NCBI GenBank assembly: GCA_020137815.1
Contig: CM035356.1
Span: forward strand, 6,510,001 to 6,574,000
Direction of reading: 5' to 3'
Source of the DNA: Hormiphora californensis
Lineage: Eukaryota > Animalia > Ctenophora
Length of the DNA: 64,000 nucleotides
In this document: in pieces, positions 13,101 to 32,400 of the stretch
Numbering within the stretch: the first letter of the stretch is position 1
How the letters are laid out: each line of letters opens with the position of its first letter
Translations under genes and position numbers: made by a program
The notes under the pieces: model-generated
What the model was told of the DNA's origin: nothing
The model's input: the letters and a program-made list of their open reading frames with translations, nothing else
Database searches by the model: none

Positions 13101-15563
13101 CTTACAATCTAAACAGCCCACGGAACGAGCCTCGGGTATCACCCCACCATCAGAAACTCGACCATCATCCGCACAACATGTTGTAACTGATTCCTCAAGA
13201 CAGAACAACACAGGGTATTCGCAACATGGTGATTCATCAAGACAGAACAACACAGGGTATTCGCAACATGGTGATTCATCAAGTCAGAACAACCCAGGGT
13301 CTTCGCAACATGGTGATTCATCAAGTCAGGGAAACCCAGGGTCTTCGCAACATTCATCAAATAGGAAGGATGTATGTGACCCTTGTCAAACTGCAGCACC
13401 GTTAAAAGGCGACATAGAGTTACTCATCCGAAGTTCTCTCAACTGCTCAACTCAATTGGGTGATATGAACAAGGCGATGGGTGATGTGAGGCAGGACGTG
13501 GTGAATTTGAGTCGAGAAGTAAAGGAAGAGAGGCAGGAGTTGAGAGAAGAAGTGAGACAAATTGTATTGACTCATGGTGATCGGATGAATGGTGTGATGG
13601 ATCGAATGGGTAGTGAGATTGGGTGTCAGAGACGCGAGATACTCGAGAAAATGGAAAATGAAATCGGAAGTTTGAAGCAAGATACTTTGGGTGCTTTAAG
13701 TGAGCTGAGGGAGCTAATATCTAGCATTGCTGTGAATCAAGCAGTTTCTACCAATAAAGTGTTTACTAGTACCGAGCAGCAGACTGAAGTAGCTGGGGTA
13801 GTATCTACTGAAGTGCAGACTGATCGAATACCCAATAGTACTACTACCACAACTGGGACACAATCGGAGAGTACAATGGTAACAACTGGGACACAATCGG
13901 AGAGTAAAATGGTATTGAGCACTCTACAACAGACAGAGGATCAAACTGCGTTAGTTCATACCGGTGTACAAGTGGAAACTGTTGTGACAACAACATCCTC
14001 ATCTGTCCAAACTGCGAGAGTAACTGTGTTGTCAGTTAACCTTGACTCGTCTGATTCTGATTCCTCGTTATCTGATTCAGAATCAGAGGACGGAGAGACT
14101 TGTAGTGAGTCAAGAAGAGAAACGGGAGAAAAGAAGGTACAACTGGGGAAGAAAAGGAAGATTGGGCGGCCAAGCAATTCGAATAGTAAGAAGTCTAAGA
14201 TAGACATTCCTGCCTCATCGCCAATGGGAATTTTAGTAGAGGACGCTGTGGAACATGTTCTGGGAACAGCTGAGTCGGTTACTGATGATACAGATATCTT
14301 GTACGTTCCATCAGATGAGAGTACTACTGATTCCTCCTGTTCTTCTGAAGCTTCCAGCTCTGAAGAGGAACCTACGGTCTTTCCATCAGATACTGGTACG
14401 GTGGTTCCATCTGATGCTGTTATCACCAAGAATGAGAGTTCCTTGTTACAACACCCCTTCAAGAATGAGAGTTCCTTGTTACAACAGTCCTCCGCAATTC
14501 AAGATGTCTCCTCGTTAGAACACCCCTCCAATATTCAAGATGTCTCCTCATCGGACGTGGAGGTGTTGGGCTCAGAACCAGATGACGAAGATGGTGATAT
14601 TAGAGGTGAAGCAGTGTACAATAACAAGTCAGGCTTCATGATAGCTATAAGGGATCCTCCTGTTTCTAAAGATGTCCCAGTGAATAACAGCCCTAATGTT
14701 GCGGAGGAAGGTTCTACAATTGATGGTTCAACCATGGGTTCAAACCAGCCCACTACTTCCAATTATATGTCAAACCAGGCCACTACATCCTCCACGACAG
14801 TGTCAAACCAGGCCACTACATCCTCCACGACAGTGTCAAACCAGCCCACTACAACGGCAGGTTCATCATCTCATAATGCTATACTACTACCCACTTCATC
14901 TCATAAGACAGATGCGTCCTACTTCGGGAAGTATGATCCTTGGAAATTTGACTGGTCGCTAAAAGAGGAAATGATTCGATCACACGCTGGCCTTCCACTT
15001 ACGAAGTTCCTTAGGTAAGCTTAAATTTCAATTGAGAATTATTATCGGTTGATTAGATCGATGAACTCCGTCTCCCCTGCTGGAAGGAGACAGCTAAACT
15101 TATTCTCTTTCATTTCTCGATTGTTATTTTTACAATTCAATATTTTTCAGGGCCGTATTTCTTGCCTACTTCAAAAAAGGGGAGTGGTCGACGAGGACCC
15201 TTGCATATAAATCCAACTGTCGATTCCCCCCTACTCACCAGTTTCTTGACCAAACCATCACGGATTCTATTATTGTGGCTATAAGTGAGAATTTCAACGT
15301 ATCTACTGACACAGCTAGGTAAGAAAACATTTAATTGTAAAATGCTAGCTCACATAACGACTTGAGTCGCTTGAGTCCGTGCTCTGCAGAGAAAGAAAGA
15401 ATGAACAATTCAAATAACTACACTATTGCCGTCCGCTGTCATTACCACCCAACTGTCTTCTTTCAGATCCAAGATGGTCGTTCTAATAGCAAACCTGAAA
15501 CAATCCTTAAAGAGAGCCTCCAAGTCCAACTCCTGGAGGAAACTGTGGAGAGAAACTCAATGA
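10112..15563 (+). CDS. Large nuclear protein: BED-like zinc finger, VPVNSPS heptad repeats, coiled coil, TQT-like motifs, basic NLS, C-terminal BEN domain
   Basis: Phase-compatible exons 10112-10221, 10386-10993, 11093-11223, ~11543-11748, ~11847-15015, 15151-15318, 15467-15563. Finger ISCTIC..GSWSATIQHLSRH. BEN-like LTKFLRAVFLAYFKKGEWSTRTL..FLDQTITDSIIVAISENF..ARSKMVVLIANLK. Confidence 0.7.
11974..12688 (+). repeat. Coding 21-bp tandem repeat (gttcctgtgaactctccatct = VPVNSPS), ~34 copies
   Basis: Visible in sequence and in ORF 11818..15018. Confidence 0.95.
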
Positions 15564-16242
15564 GTAATATGGACCATGTGTGGGGAGTTGGTTAGTTAGC
15601 TTTGGGTAGTCCCCAGCCATTCGCATCGCAGAATTCGCCCTTCTTTTGTGCAGAATTCTGCCTAAATTTCACCGAATTCTGGGTGTAATTAGCTGTGAGC
15701 AGCTGAGTGTGATAGACCGTAACACATTTTTAATTATTAGACAGGCGATGGAAAAGTCAATCATAATGTCCGATTAGCCACTTTTTACAATGTTCGTTTT
15801 TTAAAGTTGTTTTTAATGTTTTATAATTGCTAACAGGGTCATGAAAACTTATTTTATACGAGCTAAATTATTAACAAGTCAGCAATTACAATTATTAACA
15901 AATTATTTATACTTTCAATTATTTCTAATTTATTTCTAACTTATATTTAAAATGCGTTGCTGTATCACTGTTTATTCACCCCCGATACCCGCCCAAAATT
16001 CCCTTCCTAAATTTAAGGTTGACATGAAACATACCTGATTCTTGAAACTTTTTGACTACCCTCATTCTGTAGCATACTAACTATATCTAATCCCCCCTAA
16101 TTCTACATAGAACGGTTTGGACATACTGCCCCACCCGCCCCCCACTCTGTAGAATGCTCGTATCTAACTCCCATTCCCCACACGTGATCTAGACCTAACC
16201 TCCACTCTCATTCTATATAGCACGTAATCTAAGTGGCACACA

Positions 16243-18016
16243 ATGGACCACCCCCAATTATTGGGACCCATCCACCACCACCACATGGTGGAGCCCATAC
16301 CCTGGATGGAGCCCATAAAAAAGGAGGATAACCTGCCTGTGGTGGGGGGTCCCCCAGGGGCCCCAAATTACACTCCTACTGATTCGTGTAGTGTTGCAGC
16401 AGGGGATGTGGGGAGTCTGGAGGACTTTGAGGTGGAGAGGATTATAACGTGAGTTAGATTGTTATACTGATAACTGATAACCCCCACCCGTCGGTCCAAG
16501 GGTAGATCCTACAACTTTACTCAACCCCTTCCCCCTCTCACACCCAGATATAAGAAATCCATGGGTAGATCCTATTAACTCCTACCCCCTCCTAGATCTA
16601 AAAAGTCCAAGGGTAGATCATACTACTTGATACGCTGGAAGGGATACAACAGTGACGATGATACTTGGGAGCCGGAGGAGAACCTGGCAGGGTTTACCAT
16701 CCTTGATCAGTATAGACGGTTCCATCAGAAACGGAAAAGGTACTTACCATGCAACATATTATATGTATTATATGATCTCCTGGGACAAAGTTTCATTTTA
16801 CAGCGCAGTATTCTTTAGTTAGGTTTGAGTCCCCAAATTCCACTAATATTAATCTCTCCTACGCCCTGTTGCTTTCAGGTGTTCAAGTTCGGATAGCGAC
16901 CTTGGTGATGTGTCACAGAGTTCTTGCGCTCAAAAGGTGGGTTACATTGAGTCCTCAACTAATACAATCCATTACTAGCGTCTAACACCCCTGATACCGA
17001 GTTATTAACACCCTAACTAACACCCTAACTAACACCCTAACTAACACCTTAACTAACACCTTAACTAACACCTTAACTAACACCCTAACTAACACCCCTG
17101 ATACCGAGTTATTAACACCCTAACTAACACCCTAACTAACACCCTAACTAACACCCTAACTAACACCCCACCCCCCAGGTACCGGCTCACTCCCCCCTCT
17201 ACACACCAATAACATCAGGAGGTGCCCCCGTGCTACACCCCTCCGGAAACATCGTGCTAGTGCGACGAGGGAGATCCTCGGGGGTCCCAATAGTCCGTAA
17301 ACGCCGCTCCACCAAACCCAAAGACTACCATTGCACGGTGTGTGGCAAACAATACTCCACCAAATACACCCTCCAATCACACCTACTTAAAGGTGCACAA
17401 TCACAGCGAGTGCCTGATATGTGAGGACTGTGGGTATTTGGGGGATACCAAGGCTAAACTAGACCGGCACAAGGAGAGATATTGTAAGTGGGATGGTAAG
17501 GGTAGTACCTCCTCAACCCCTTCCTCCGCCCACCCCACCACCGATGAAATGTTCCATTGTAACAAGGAGGGGTGCTATGCGCTCTTTAAAACTGAACAAC
17601 AACTCTGGATGCACCAGTGTAAGGTGGTTAAACGGAACCGAACACGGCTAACAAGCGAGGAGGCTGAGCTAAAGAAGATTCACCCCTGTCATCTGTGTGA
17701 GAAGAGGTACGCCACAAAGTACACACTAAAGAGTCACATACGGAATGTTCACGATGGTATTGGAAACTACATGTGCACACAGTGCCCCTTTATAACAGAC
17801 AATAGGGTGTTATTCGATCAGCATATAGCAACTCATACCGGTGAGAAACGGTTCAAATGTATTCATTGCGATTACGGGACAATACAGAAGAACAACCTAC
17901 TGCAACATGTTTCCAAGTATCATAAGGATGGTAGTAGTGGTAGTGGTGGTGGGAATAATAATAACAATAGTCATGGTTCTGGTACTGATAACACTGCTAA
18001 TACTGCTGCTTCTTGA
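16243..18016 (+). CDS. Chromodomain + six C2H2/C2HC zinc-finger protein (one apparent +1 frameshift at ~17390)
   Basis: Exons 16243-16448, ~16596-16739, ~16879-16936, 17179-18016. Chromodomain [38 protein letters not shown]. Fingers CTVC..H..H, CEDC..H..C, CNKEGC..H.C, CHLC..H..H, CTQC..H..H-TGEKRF, CIHC..H..H. Confidence 0.85.
17005..17170 (+). repeat. Intronic 12-bp tandem repeat (caccctaactaa)
   Basis: Directly visible. Confidence 0.85.
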
Positions 18017-18659
18017 AAAGAGAGAGATGTATTGAAGAGATATAATTGAAGAGAGAGTTAAATGAAAGCTGTTAAATTGCACGTTAATTGGGCATTGGAG
18101 GACAGCTGGTATACTGCTCTATATATATACTGCATTAAACCTAGAGGTGGTGTGTTTGCTTGGGTGCAAGTTGTGTGTCAGTACATAGCTGACTTCAACA
18201 GTGTCAGAGCAATAATGGCTTGAACAGTGATAGCTGAATTGGCTTCAGAGAGCGATGCAATAACAAGCGATGGATAACAAGTTGAATGGAATAAAATTGA
18301 ATGGATTTATTAAGACTGTTGAGAAGAGTTAATTAATGAACTTATATATCTAACACTAATTAGTATTATACATTAATTGATATATTATATTTAGTGTCTT
18401 TAGTATCTATTTTTTTGTTCCAAAACATTTATTCTGTGATACATTATAATATGTTCAATTTTAATATATTACACCACTTTAAATATGACTCCTCTCTCCT
18501 GCACACCTTTCTCCCACCTTTCTTAAATAATATCAGAATTCGGATAAACATAACCGATAGACAAGTTTTGACACAGATCTATAGAGTCCCAATAAAGATC
18601 CTCCTGACTGTGTATTTTCAGTAAATTCGCAATACAACCTCTCTCTACCTAGTAGTACT

Positions 18660-24284
<5,625 letters not shown>

Positions 24285-24317
24285 GAATAATTTGATAGTT
24301 TTGTTGTGTATGATTAT

Positions 24318-27300
24318 CAGGGTGTGAACTGCATGTCGTGTTTGCTAGTCGCGAGCGCGCTTGCGAGACAAGTAAACACGTCAAGGTTCATTAACAAGCA
24401 TGCTGCTCAGTCATTTTAGATTTAATACACAATGTAAGGATACCATGTAATAGGTGATACTCTTGCCATCACCCTCGTTCAAGTCCCGTGAAAAACGGAG
24501 CAGTACACGCAAACTGATGCCCATTTTCCTCGCGTGACCCCGATTCAGCAGTTTGAGACACCAACTCTTTAGGGGGCCATATCTCAGGAACCAGACAAGA
24601 TAGGAAAAATCGCCGTCTAATGAGGCGTACAGTTTTTAATCTAGTTTATCACTGTACCGGCCGTTTCACTCTCCGACCTAAAACAAAAATCGCAACCCCA
24701 CAAAACTTCAAAATAATGAAATTCGCATCTCGCATGTCGTGTTGCATGTCGTGTCATGTTATTGACGCGCTCGCGTTCAACTCTCACACAGCAGCTGCAG
24801 AACATGGCGGGAAACATCGAGGAGTAGAGAGAGGGTCGGTGCCGAATCAAATATTTCTTGATCTTGATCTACTCCATCTCTCAGCTATCCTACCCCTCAT
24901 CAACTCGATCTCTCAGCTACCCTACCCCTCATCTACTCCATCTTTCAGCTACCCTACCCCTCATCTACTCCATCTTTCAGCTACCCTACCCCTTATCTAG
25001 TCCATCTCTCAGCTACCCTACTCCTCATCTACTCCATCTCTCAGCTTCCCTATTAGGGAAGCATAGAGATGGAAACGATTAGGGGTAGGGAATCCCTATC
25101 CATAATCGTTTCCATCTCTATGCTTCCCTAGCCCTCATCAACTCCATCTTTCAGCTACCCTGCCCCTAATCTAGTCCATCTCTCCGCTACCCTACTCCTC
25201 ATCTACTCCATCTCTCAGCTACCCTACCTCCCATTTACTCCATCTCTCAGCTTCCCTACCTCCCATTTACTCCATCTCTCAGCTTCCCTACCTCCCATTT
25301 ACTCCATCTTTCAGCTGACCTACCTCCCATTTACTCCATCTCTCAGCTTCCCTACCTCTCATTTACTCCATCTCTCAGCTTCCCTACCTCCCATTTACTC
25401 CATCTCTCAGCTACCCAACCTCCCATTCACTCCATCTCTCAGCTTCCCTACCTCCCATTTACTCCATCTCTCAGCTTCCATACCTCTCATTTAGTACTCC
25501 ATCTCTCAGCTACCCTACCTCCCATTTACTCCATCTTTCAGCTGACCTACCTCCCATTTACTCCATCTCTCAGCTTCCCTACCTCTCATTTACTCCATCT
25601 CTCAGCTTCCCTACCTCCCATTTACTCCATATCTCAGCTACCCAACCTCCCATTCACTCCATCTCTCAGCTTCCCTACCTCCCATTTACTCCATCTCTCA
25701 GCTTCCCTACCTCTCATTTAGTACTCCATCTCTCAGCTACCCTACCTCCCATTTACTCCATCTCACAGCTACCTTACCTTCCATTTACTCCATATCTCAG
25801 CTTCCCTTCCTCCCATTTACTCCATCTCTCAGCTTCCCTACCTCCCATTTACTCCATCTCTCAACTTCCCTACCTCCCATTTACTCAATCTCTCAGCTAC
25901 CCTACCTCCCATTTACTCCATCTCTCAGCTTCCCTACCTCCCATTTACTCCATCTTTCAGCTTTCCTTCCTCCCATTTACTCCATCGCTTACCTTCTCTA
26001 CCTCCCATTTACTCCATCTCTCAGCTTCCCTACCTCCCATTTACTCCATCTCTCATTTATCCTAACATTCCTACCCCTGAGAGATGGAGTAAATGGGAGG
26101 TAGGGAAGCTGAGAGATGGAGTAAATGGGAGGTAGGGAAGCTGAGAGATGGAGTAAATGGGAGGTAGGGTAGCTGAGAGATGGAGTAAATGGGAGGAAGG
26201 GAAGCTGAGAGATGGAGTAAATGGAAGGTAAGGTAGCTGAGAGATGGAGTAAATGGGAGGTAGGGAAGCTGAGAGATGGAGTAAATGGGAGGTAGGGAAG
26301 CTGAGAGATGGAGTAAATGGGAGGTAGGGTAGCTGAGAGATGGAGTACTAAATGAGAGGTAGGGTAGCTGAGAGATGGAGTAAGTAAATGAGAGGTAGGG
26401 AAGCTGAGAAATGGAGTAAATGGGAGGTAGGGAAGCTGAGAGATGGATCAAATGGGAGGTAGGGTAGCTGAGGGATAGAGTAAATGGGAGGTAGGGAAGC
26501 TGAGAGATGGAGTAAATGGAAGGTAGGTAAGCTGAGAGATGGAGTAAATGGGAGGTAGGGTATCTGAGAGATGGAGTAAATGGGAGGTAGGGAAGCTGAG
26601 ATATGGAGTAAATGGGAGGTAGGTAAGCTAAGAGATGGAGTAAATGGGAGGTAGGGAAGCTGAGAGATGGAGTAAATGGGAGGTAGGGTAGCTGATAGAT
26701 GGAGTGAATGGGAGGTTGGGTAGCTGAGAGATGGAGTAAATGGGAGGTAGGGAAGCTGAGAGATGGAGTAAATGGGAGGTAGGGAAGCTGAGAGATGGAG
26801 TAAATGGGAGGTAGGTAAGCTGAGAGATGGAGTAAATGGGAGGTAGGGTATCTGAAAGATGGAGTAAATGGCAGTTAGGGAAGCTGAGATATGGAGTAAA
26901 TGGGAGGTAGGTAAGCTGAGAGATGGAGTAAATGGGAGGTAGGGAAGCTGAGAGATGGAGTAAATGGGAGGTAGGGTAGCTGAGAGATAGAGTAAATGGG
27001 AGGTAGGGTAGCTGAGAGATGGAGTAGATGAGGAGTAGGGTAGCGGAGAGATGGACTAGATTAGGGGTAGGGTAAATGGGAGGTAGGGAAGCTGAGAAAT
27101 GGAGTAAATGGGAGGTAGGGAAGCTGAGAGATGGATCAAATGGGAGGTAGGGTAGCTGAGGGATAGAGTAAATGGGAGGTAGGGAAGCTGAGAGATGGAG
27201 TAAATGGAAGGTAGGTAAGCTGAGAGATGGAGTAAATGGGAGGTAGGGTATCTGAGAGATGGAGTAAATGGGAGGTAGGGAAGCTGAGATATGGAGTAAA

Positions 27301-28600
27301 TGGGAGGTAGGTAAGCTAAGAGATGGAGTAAATGGGAGGTAGGGAAGCTGAGAGATGGAGTAAATGGGAGGTAGGGTAGCTGATAGATGGAGTGAATGGG
27401 AGGTTGGGTAGCTGAGAGATGGAGTAAATGGGAGGTAGGGAAGCTGAGAGATGGAGTAAATGGGAGGTAGGGAAGCTGAGAGATGGAGTAAATGGGAGGT
27501 AGGTAAGCTGAGAGATGGAGTAAATGGGAGGTAGGGTATCTGAAAGATGGAGTAAATGGCAGTTAGGGAAGCTGAGATATGGAGTAAATGGGAGGTAGGT
27601 AAGCTGAGAGATGGAGTAAATGGGAGGTAGGGAAGCTGAGAGATGGAGTAAATGGGAGGTAGGGTAGCTGAGAGATAGAGTAAATGGGAGGTAGGGTAGC
27701 TGAGAGATGGAGTAGATGAGGAGTAGGGTAGCGGAGAGATGGACTAGATTAGGGGTAGGGTAGCTGAAAGATGGAGTTAATGAGGGCTAGGGAAGCATAG
27801 AGATGGAAACGATTATGGATAGGGATTCCCTACCCCTAATCGTTTCCATCTCTATGCTTCCCTAATAGGGAAGCTGAGAGATGGAGTAGATAAGGAGTAG
27901 GGTAGCTGAGAGATGGACTAAATAAGGGGTAGGGTAGCTGAAAGATGGAGTAGATGAGGGGTAGGGTAGCTGAAAGATGGAGTAGATGAGGGGTAGGGTA
28001 GCTGAGAGATCGAGTTGATGAGGGGTAGGATAGCTGAGAGATGGAGTAGATCAAGATCAAGAAATATTTGATTCGGCACCGACCCTCTCTCTACTCCTCG
28101 ATGTTTCCCGCCATGTTCTGCAGCTGCTGTGTGAGAGTTGAACGCGAGCGCGTCAATAACATGACACGACATGCAACACGACATGCGAGATGCGAATTTC
28201 ATTATTTTGAAGTTTTGTGGGGTTGCGATTTTTGTTTTAGGTCGGAGAGTGAAACGGCCGGTACAGTGATAAACTAGATTAAAAACTGTACGCCTCATTA
28301 GACGGCGATTTTTCCTATCTTGTCTGGTTCCTGAGATATGGCCCCCTAAAGAGTTGGTGTCTCAAACTGCTGAATCGGGGTCACGCGAGGAAAATGGGCA
28401 TCAGTTTGCGTGTACTGCTCCGTTTTTCACGGGACTTGAACGAGGGTGACGGCAAGAGTCTCACCTATTACATGGTATCCTTACATTGTGTATTAAATCT
28501 AAAATGACTGAGCAGCATGCTTGTTAATGAACCTTGACGTGTTTACTTGTCTCGCAAGCGCGCTCGCGACTAGCAAACACGACATGCAGTTCACACCCTG
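24318..28600. mobile_element. 4.3-kb non-autonomous foldback element: long inverted arms with inner 32-bp tandem repeats, CAGGGTG termini, apparent 5-bp TSD ATTAT
   Basis: attat|cagggtgtgaactgcatg ... catgcagttcacaccctg|attat. Identical ORFs on opposite strands (24620..25000 and 27918..28298). Repeat ctacctcccatttactccatctctcagcttcc flips orientation at ~26060-26075. Confidence 0.93.
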
Positions 28601-28871
28601 ATTATGTATCAACTGCAGAGATGGATGATCAGTGGTGTGCGGCCACCCCAATCAATTACCGTCGAATAAGGAGAGAGCGAACCATGTTTTGTTACACACG
28701 CACACACGCACACACACACTGCATCGGGCATAACTCGCCCCTCGAAGACGTCCGGCGCACCAACGAAAAACAGGATCCAATCGCGCGCGAGTTGGACATG
28801 TGCGCGGGCTATATTTGTACGCGCAAAGAACTTACGCGCCGCGTTTTGCTCCGTCTTTGATTTGGAACCGC

Positions 28872-29261
28872 AATAAGGAACCATAATAAAGTTCAAGAGC
28901 CTCCAAGAGCACCCAAGAGCGCACCCGATCGAAGAGAGACCACACCTGAGAGCGCACCACACCCAAAAGAGACCACATCCAAGAGCGCACCACCTCCAAA
29001 AGACACCACTTCAAGAGCGCACCACATCAAAGAGAGCTCCCCATCCAGAAGATACCACGCGCAGGGGACACCACGCGCAGAAGAGACCAGCGCGGCGTTG
29101 TATTTGCGCGTGCGGTCTCTTCTGCGCGTGGTGTCCCCTGCGCGCGGTATCTTCTGGATGGGGAGCTCTCTTTGATGTGGTGCGCTCTTGGAGTGGTGTC
29201 TTTTGGAGGTGGTACGCTCTTGGATGGGGTGCGCTCTTGAACTTTATTATGGTTCCTTATT
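28872..29261. mobile_element. Palindromic MITE with internal aagagcgcacc subrepeats
   Basis: aataaggaaccataataaagttcaagagc ... gctcttgaactttattatggttccttatt; inner arms also mirror each other. Confidence 0.85.
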
Positions 29262-29445
29262 TATTTTGGGTCGAATTTTTTCGTGTGGAACCAATTTTTA
29301 AAAAATGTTTGCCCAATTTCTGAATTTTCCTGTTTTGAGATTTCCAGGCCAAGGATCCTGGACGTCCAAAGTTCGATTGTTGCATGTAGCTTCCTATTGT
29401 TGAAATCATTAAAACTCCATGGACACTCTCACTGCTCTATTCAGT

Positions 29446-32400
29446 ATGACAAAATTCACGAAACTTGGCAACACCAAACTTCAGATAAGCAAACTTGGCA
29501 TCGGTGGTGCTGCATTTAAAGACCATACAGACTCTAAACATGCAAAAGAAGTAGTTGAAACAGCTCTTAAAAATGGTAGGCTCATTTTCCTTTTACTCGA
29601 TAGACCAAAATTTCGGAAATCGGCCCTAAATAATTTTTTAAAAAAACTTCGTTCTCTGCAGGTATAAACTACATTGACACCTCGCCATGGTACAATAACA
29701 GCGAGCGCCTACTTGGAGAGGTTCTTAGTCATGTTAATCGGAACAAATATATCATCAGTAGCAAGTGTGGCCGGTTTTACAGTGACGACATTTTGGAATG
29801 GTAAGAGTAAGGGTATTTTATATTCAGATGAGAACTCATATCATAGCGCTGGCAAGCGCCCGGGGCCCAATCCTCCCTCCCCCAACCATCCTTCCCTAAA
29901 AATGTCCACTTTCCAAGCATTCTTGCTTCCAGTGAATGGAAAATCGAAATTGCGAAAAAAAAAATTTTTGAGTTTTTTGAAAATTTTTGAAAATTTTGAC
30001 AGCGCTACTACAGGGTGTCCCATATATTCTGTGGGTCGGTTGGCGAGCTGTCACGCAAAAACGGTGATAGTTGTGTGAAAACAAACTACGGGAGTGTGCT
30101 GGATTAATTCCTTCCTAACTGATGGCTTTGTTTTTAAATTAAATTTCAAAAGTTCATTTTTCATGAATGAACATTCCTGTCATTCATTCGTGAATTCTGA
30201 AATATTGTTTACCTTGAGTAAAAAACTTTTCTTTGGCTCGAAATTATCTTTCCAATGAGCACCATAAAAATCAAATTGAAGCACCGGATCGCATGGCAGG
30301 TGAGAAAATGCAAATGCATGATTTTGGCCATTCCTGCGACTTTCAATCAGCTGTATCACCGCTACTTTCAGTCCAATCCTTTTAAAAGTTTGGGTGAACA
30401 TTGGTGAAGATAAGATCTTTGCTCACAAGAAAAATCAAGGTCAAAACTCAAAGTTCATTTTTCATTTTTGGTAGTTCATTCCACTCATTCAGGAACAAAC
30501 ATCCCTAAAGTGACGAAAAGGTTTGGGTTTTGTTTGGCCCATGTCCTGAAACGACAGAGAGGTGTAAAAACGTGTTTCCGAGCTAGTTAGTGGGTGTCCA
30601 TGTGATCATTATGATATCTGACACCTTCGCTGAGCCATAATTAAGAGATTTTCTCAAATTCAAACATGGGATACGAGTATTCTGCGATTGGTATCGTGCA
30701 CCAATAACAAGAGATCCCATAGCACCTCAAAAATTATGATTAGCTAAATGAAATGAGTTGATTTACGATTGAAAAGATTAAAACCAATGTAAAGTCGGAC
30801 TAAACGAACATTTTCAAGCGTGAATCAACTCATTTCATTTAGCTAATCATAATTTTTGAGGTGCTATGGGATCTCTTGTTATTGGTGCATGATACCAATC
30901 GCAGAATACTCGTATCCCATGTTTGAATTTGAGAAAATCTCTTAATTATGGCTCAGCAAAGGTGTCAGATATCATAATGATCACATGGACACCCACTAAC
31001 TAGCCCGGAAACACGTTTTTACACCTCTCTGTCGTTTCAGGACATGGGCCAAACAAAACCCAAACCTTTTCGTCACTTTAGGGATGTTTGTTCCTGAATG
31101 AGTGGAATGAACTACCAAAAATGAAAAATGAACTTTGAGTTTTGACCTTGATTTTTCTTGTGAGCAAAGATCTTATCTTCACCTATGTTCACCCAAACTT
31201 TTAAAAGGATTGGACTGAAAGTAGCGGTGATACAGCTGATTGAAAGTCGCAGGAATGGCCAAAATCATGCATTTGCATTTTCTCACCTGCCATGCGATCC
31301 GGTGCTTCAATTTGATTTTTATGGTGCTCATTTGAAAGATAATTTCGAGCCAAAGAAAAGTTTTTTACTCAAGGTAAACAATATTTCAGAATTCACGAAT
31401 GAATGACAGGAATGTTCATTCATGAAAAATGAACTTTTGAAATTTAATTTAAAAACAAAGCCATCAGTTAGGAAGGAATTAATCCAGCACACTCCCGTAG
31501 TTTGTTTTCACACAACTATCACCGTTTTTGCGTGACAGCTCGCCAACCGACCCACAGAATATATGGGACACCCTTATACTTATTGTCTGAAATCGGCAAT
31601 TTCAACTTTGTTTTAGACAACCTTCCCGTTGTCCTACGAACTTGCCGCTTGGTAGTTCGTGTTGCCTTGACACCTAGAGCACACGTTCAAAATTTCATGC
31701 ATTACGAACCACCGTAAAATAACGACTTTTTTGCGTAGTTAATAGAGGCCAGAGTTTTAAAGCTATCACCATGAAACTTTGGGAGTCGGTAGGTCTAGTG
31801 GTGTACCTTGTATTAAAGCTTGGACAGAGAAAACGGACAGTCATAACAAAAGTTATGACTGTCTTAAGTTTTCTTTGGCGTCTAAGACAGCCTTCCGGTC
31901 GTTCTACGAATACGCCGCTTGGTACGTAATGTTGTCTCGACATCTTGAACACACGATCAAAATTTTAAGCAAATCCGAGTTACGGTTCTTCAGTTACGTG
32001 CATCTGACTGTATTAAGATTTAAGACGATTTTCAAAAAAACCTAGAAAAGAGCAAATTAAACTATAAATCATGATTTTATCACATATATTTTGCCAACGT
32101 AGGTCAACTGCTGTATTTTAAGATATAATTGGAAGTCATATCTAGATTTATGACTGTCTTAAATTTAAGACGATTTTAAAAACGCCTAGAAAGAAGCGTT
32201 TCAGAGTCTAAATTAACATTAAATCAGATTTATTTTATAAAATAAGGTTTACTGCCGCATTTTCAGTTATAATTGTTAGTCATATCTAGAGTTATGACTG
32301 TCTTAAATATAAGACGATTTAAAAAAAAAACGAGAAAAGAGAGAATTAGCATCTAGAACCTGATTGTATCAGATATATTTGATTATCAATGCTTATCCGT

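Noticed and set aside
17005-17170. CCCTAA-containing array as interstitial telomere
   Set aside because: The unit is the 12-mer caccctaactaa, not tandem CCCTAA
24620-28298. Identical 126-aa ORFs on opposite strands as possible transposase genes
   Set aside because: They are mirror images from the foldback arms, run into the tandem repeat and show no transposase motifs
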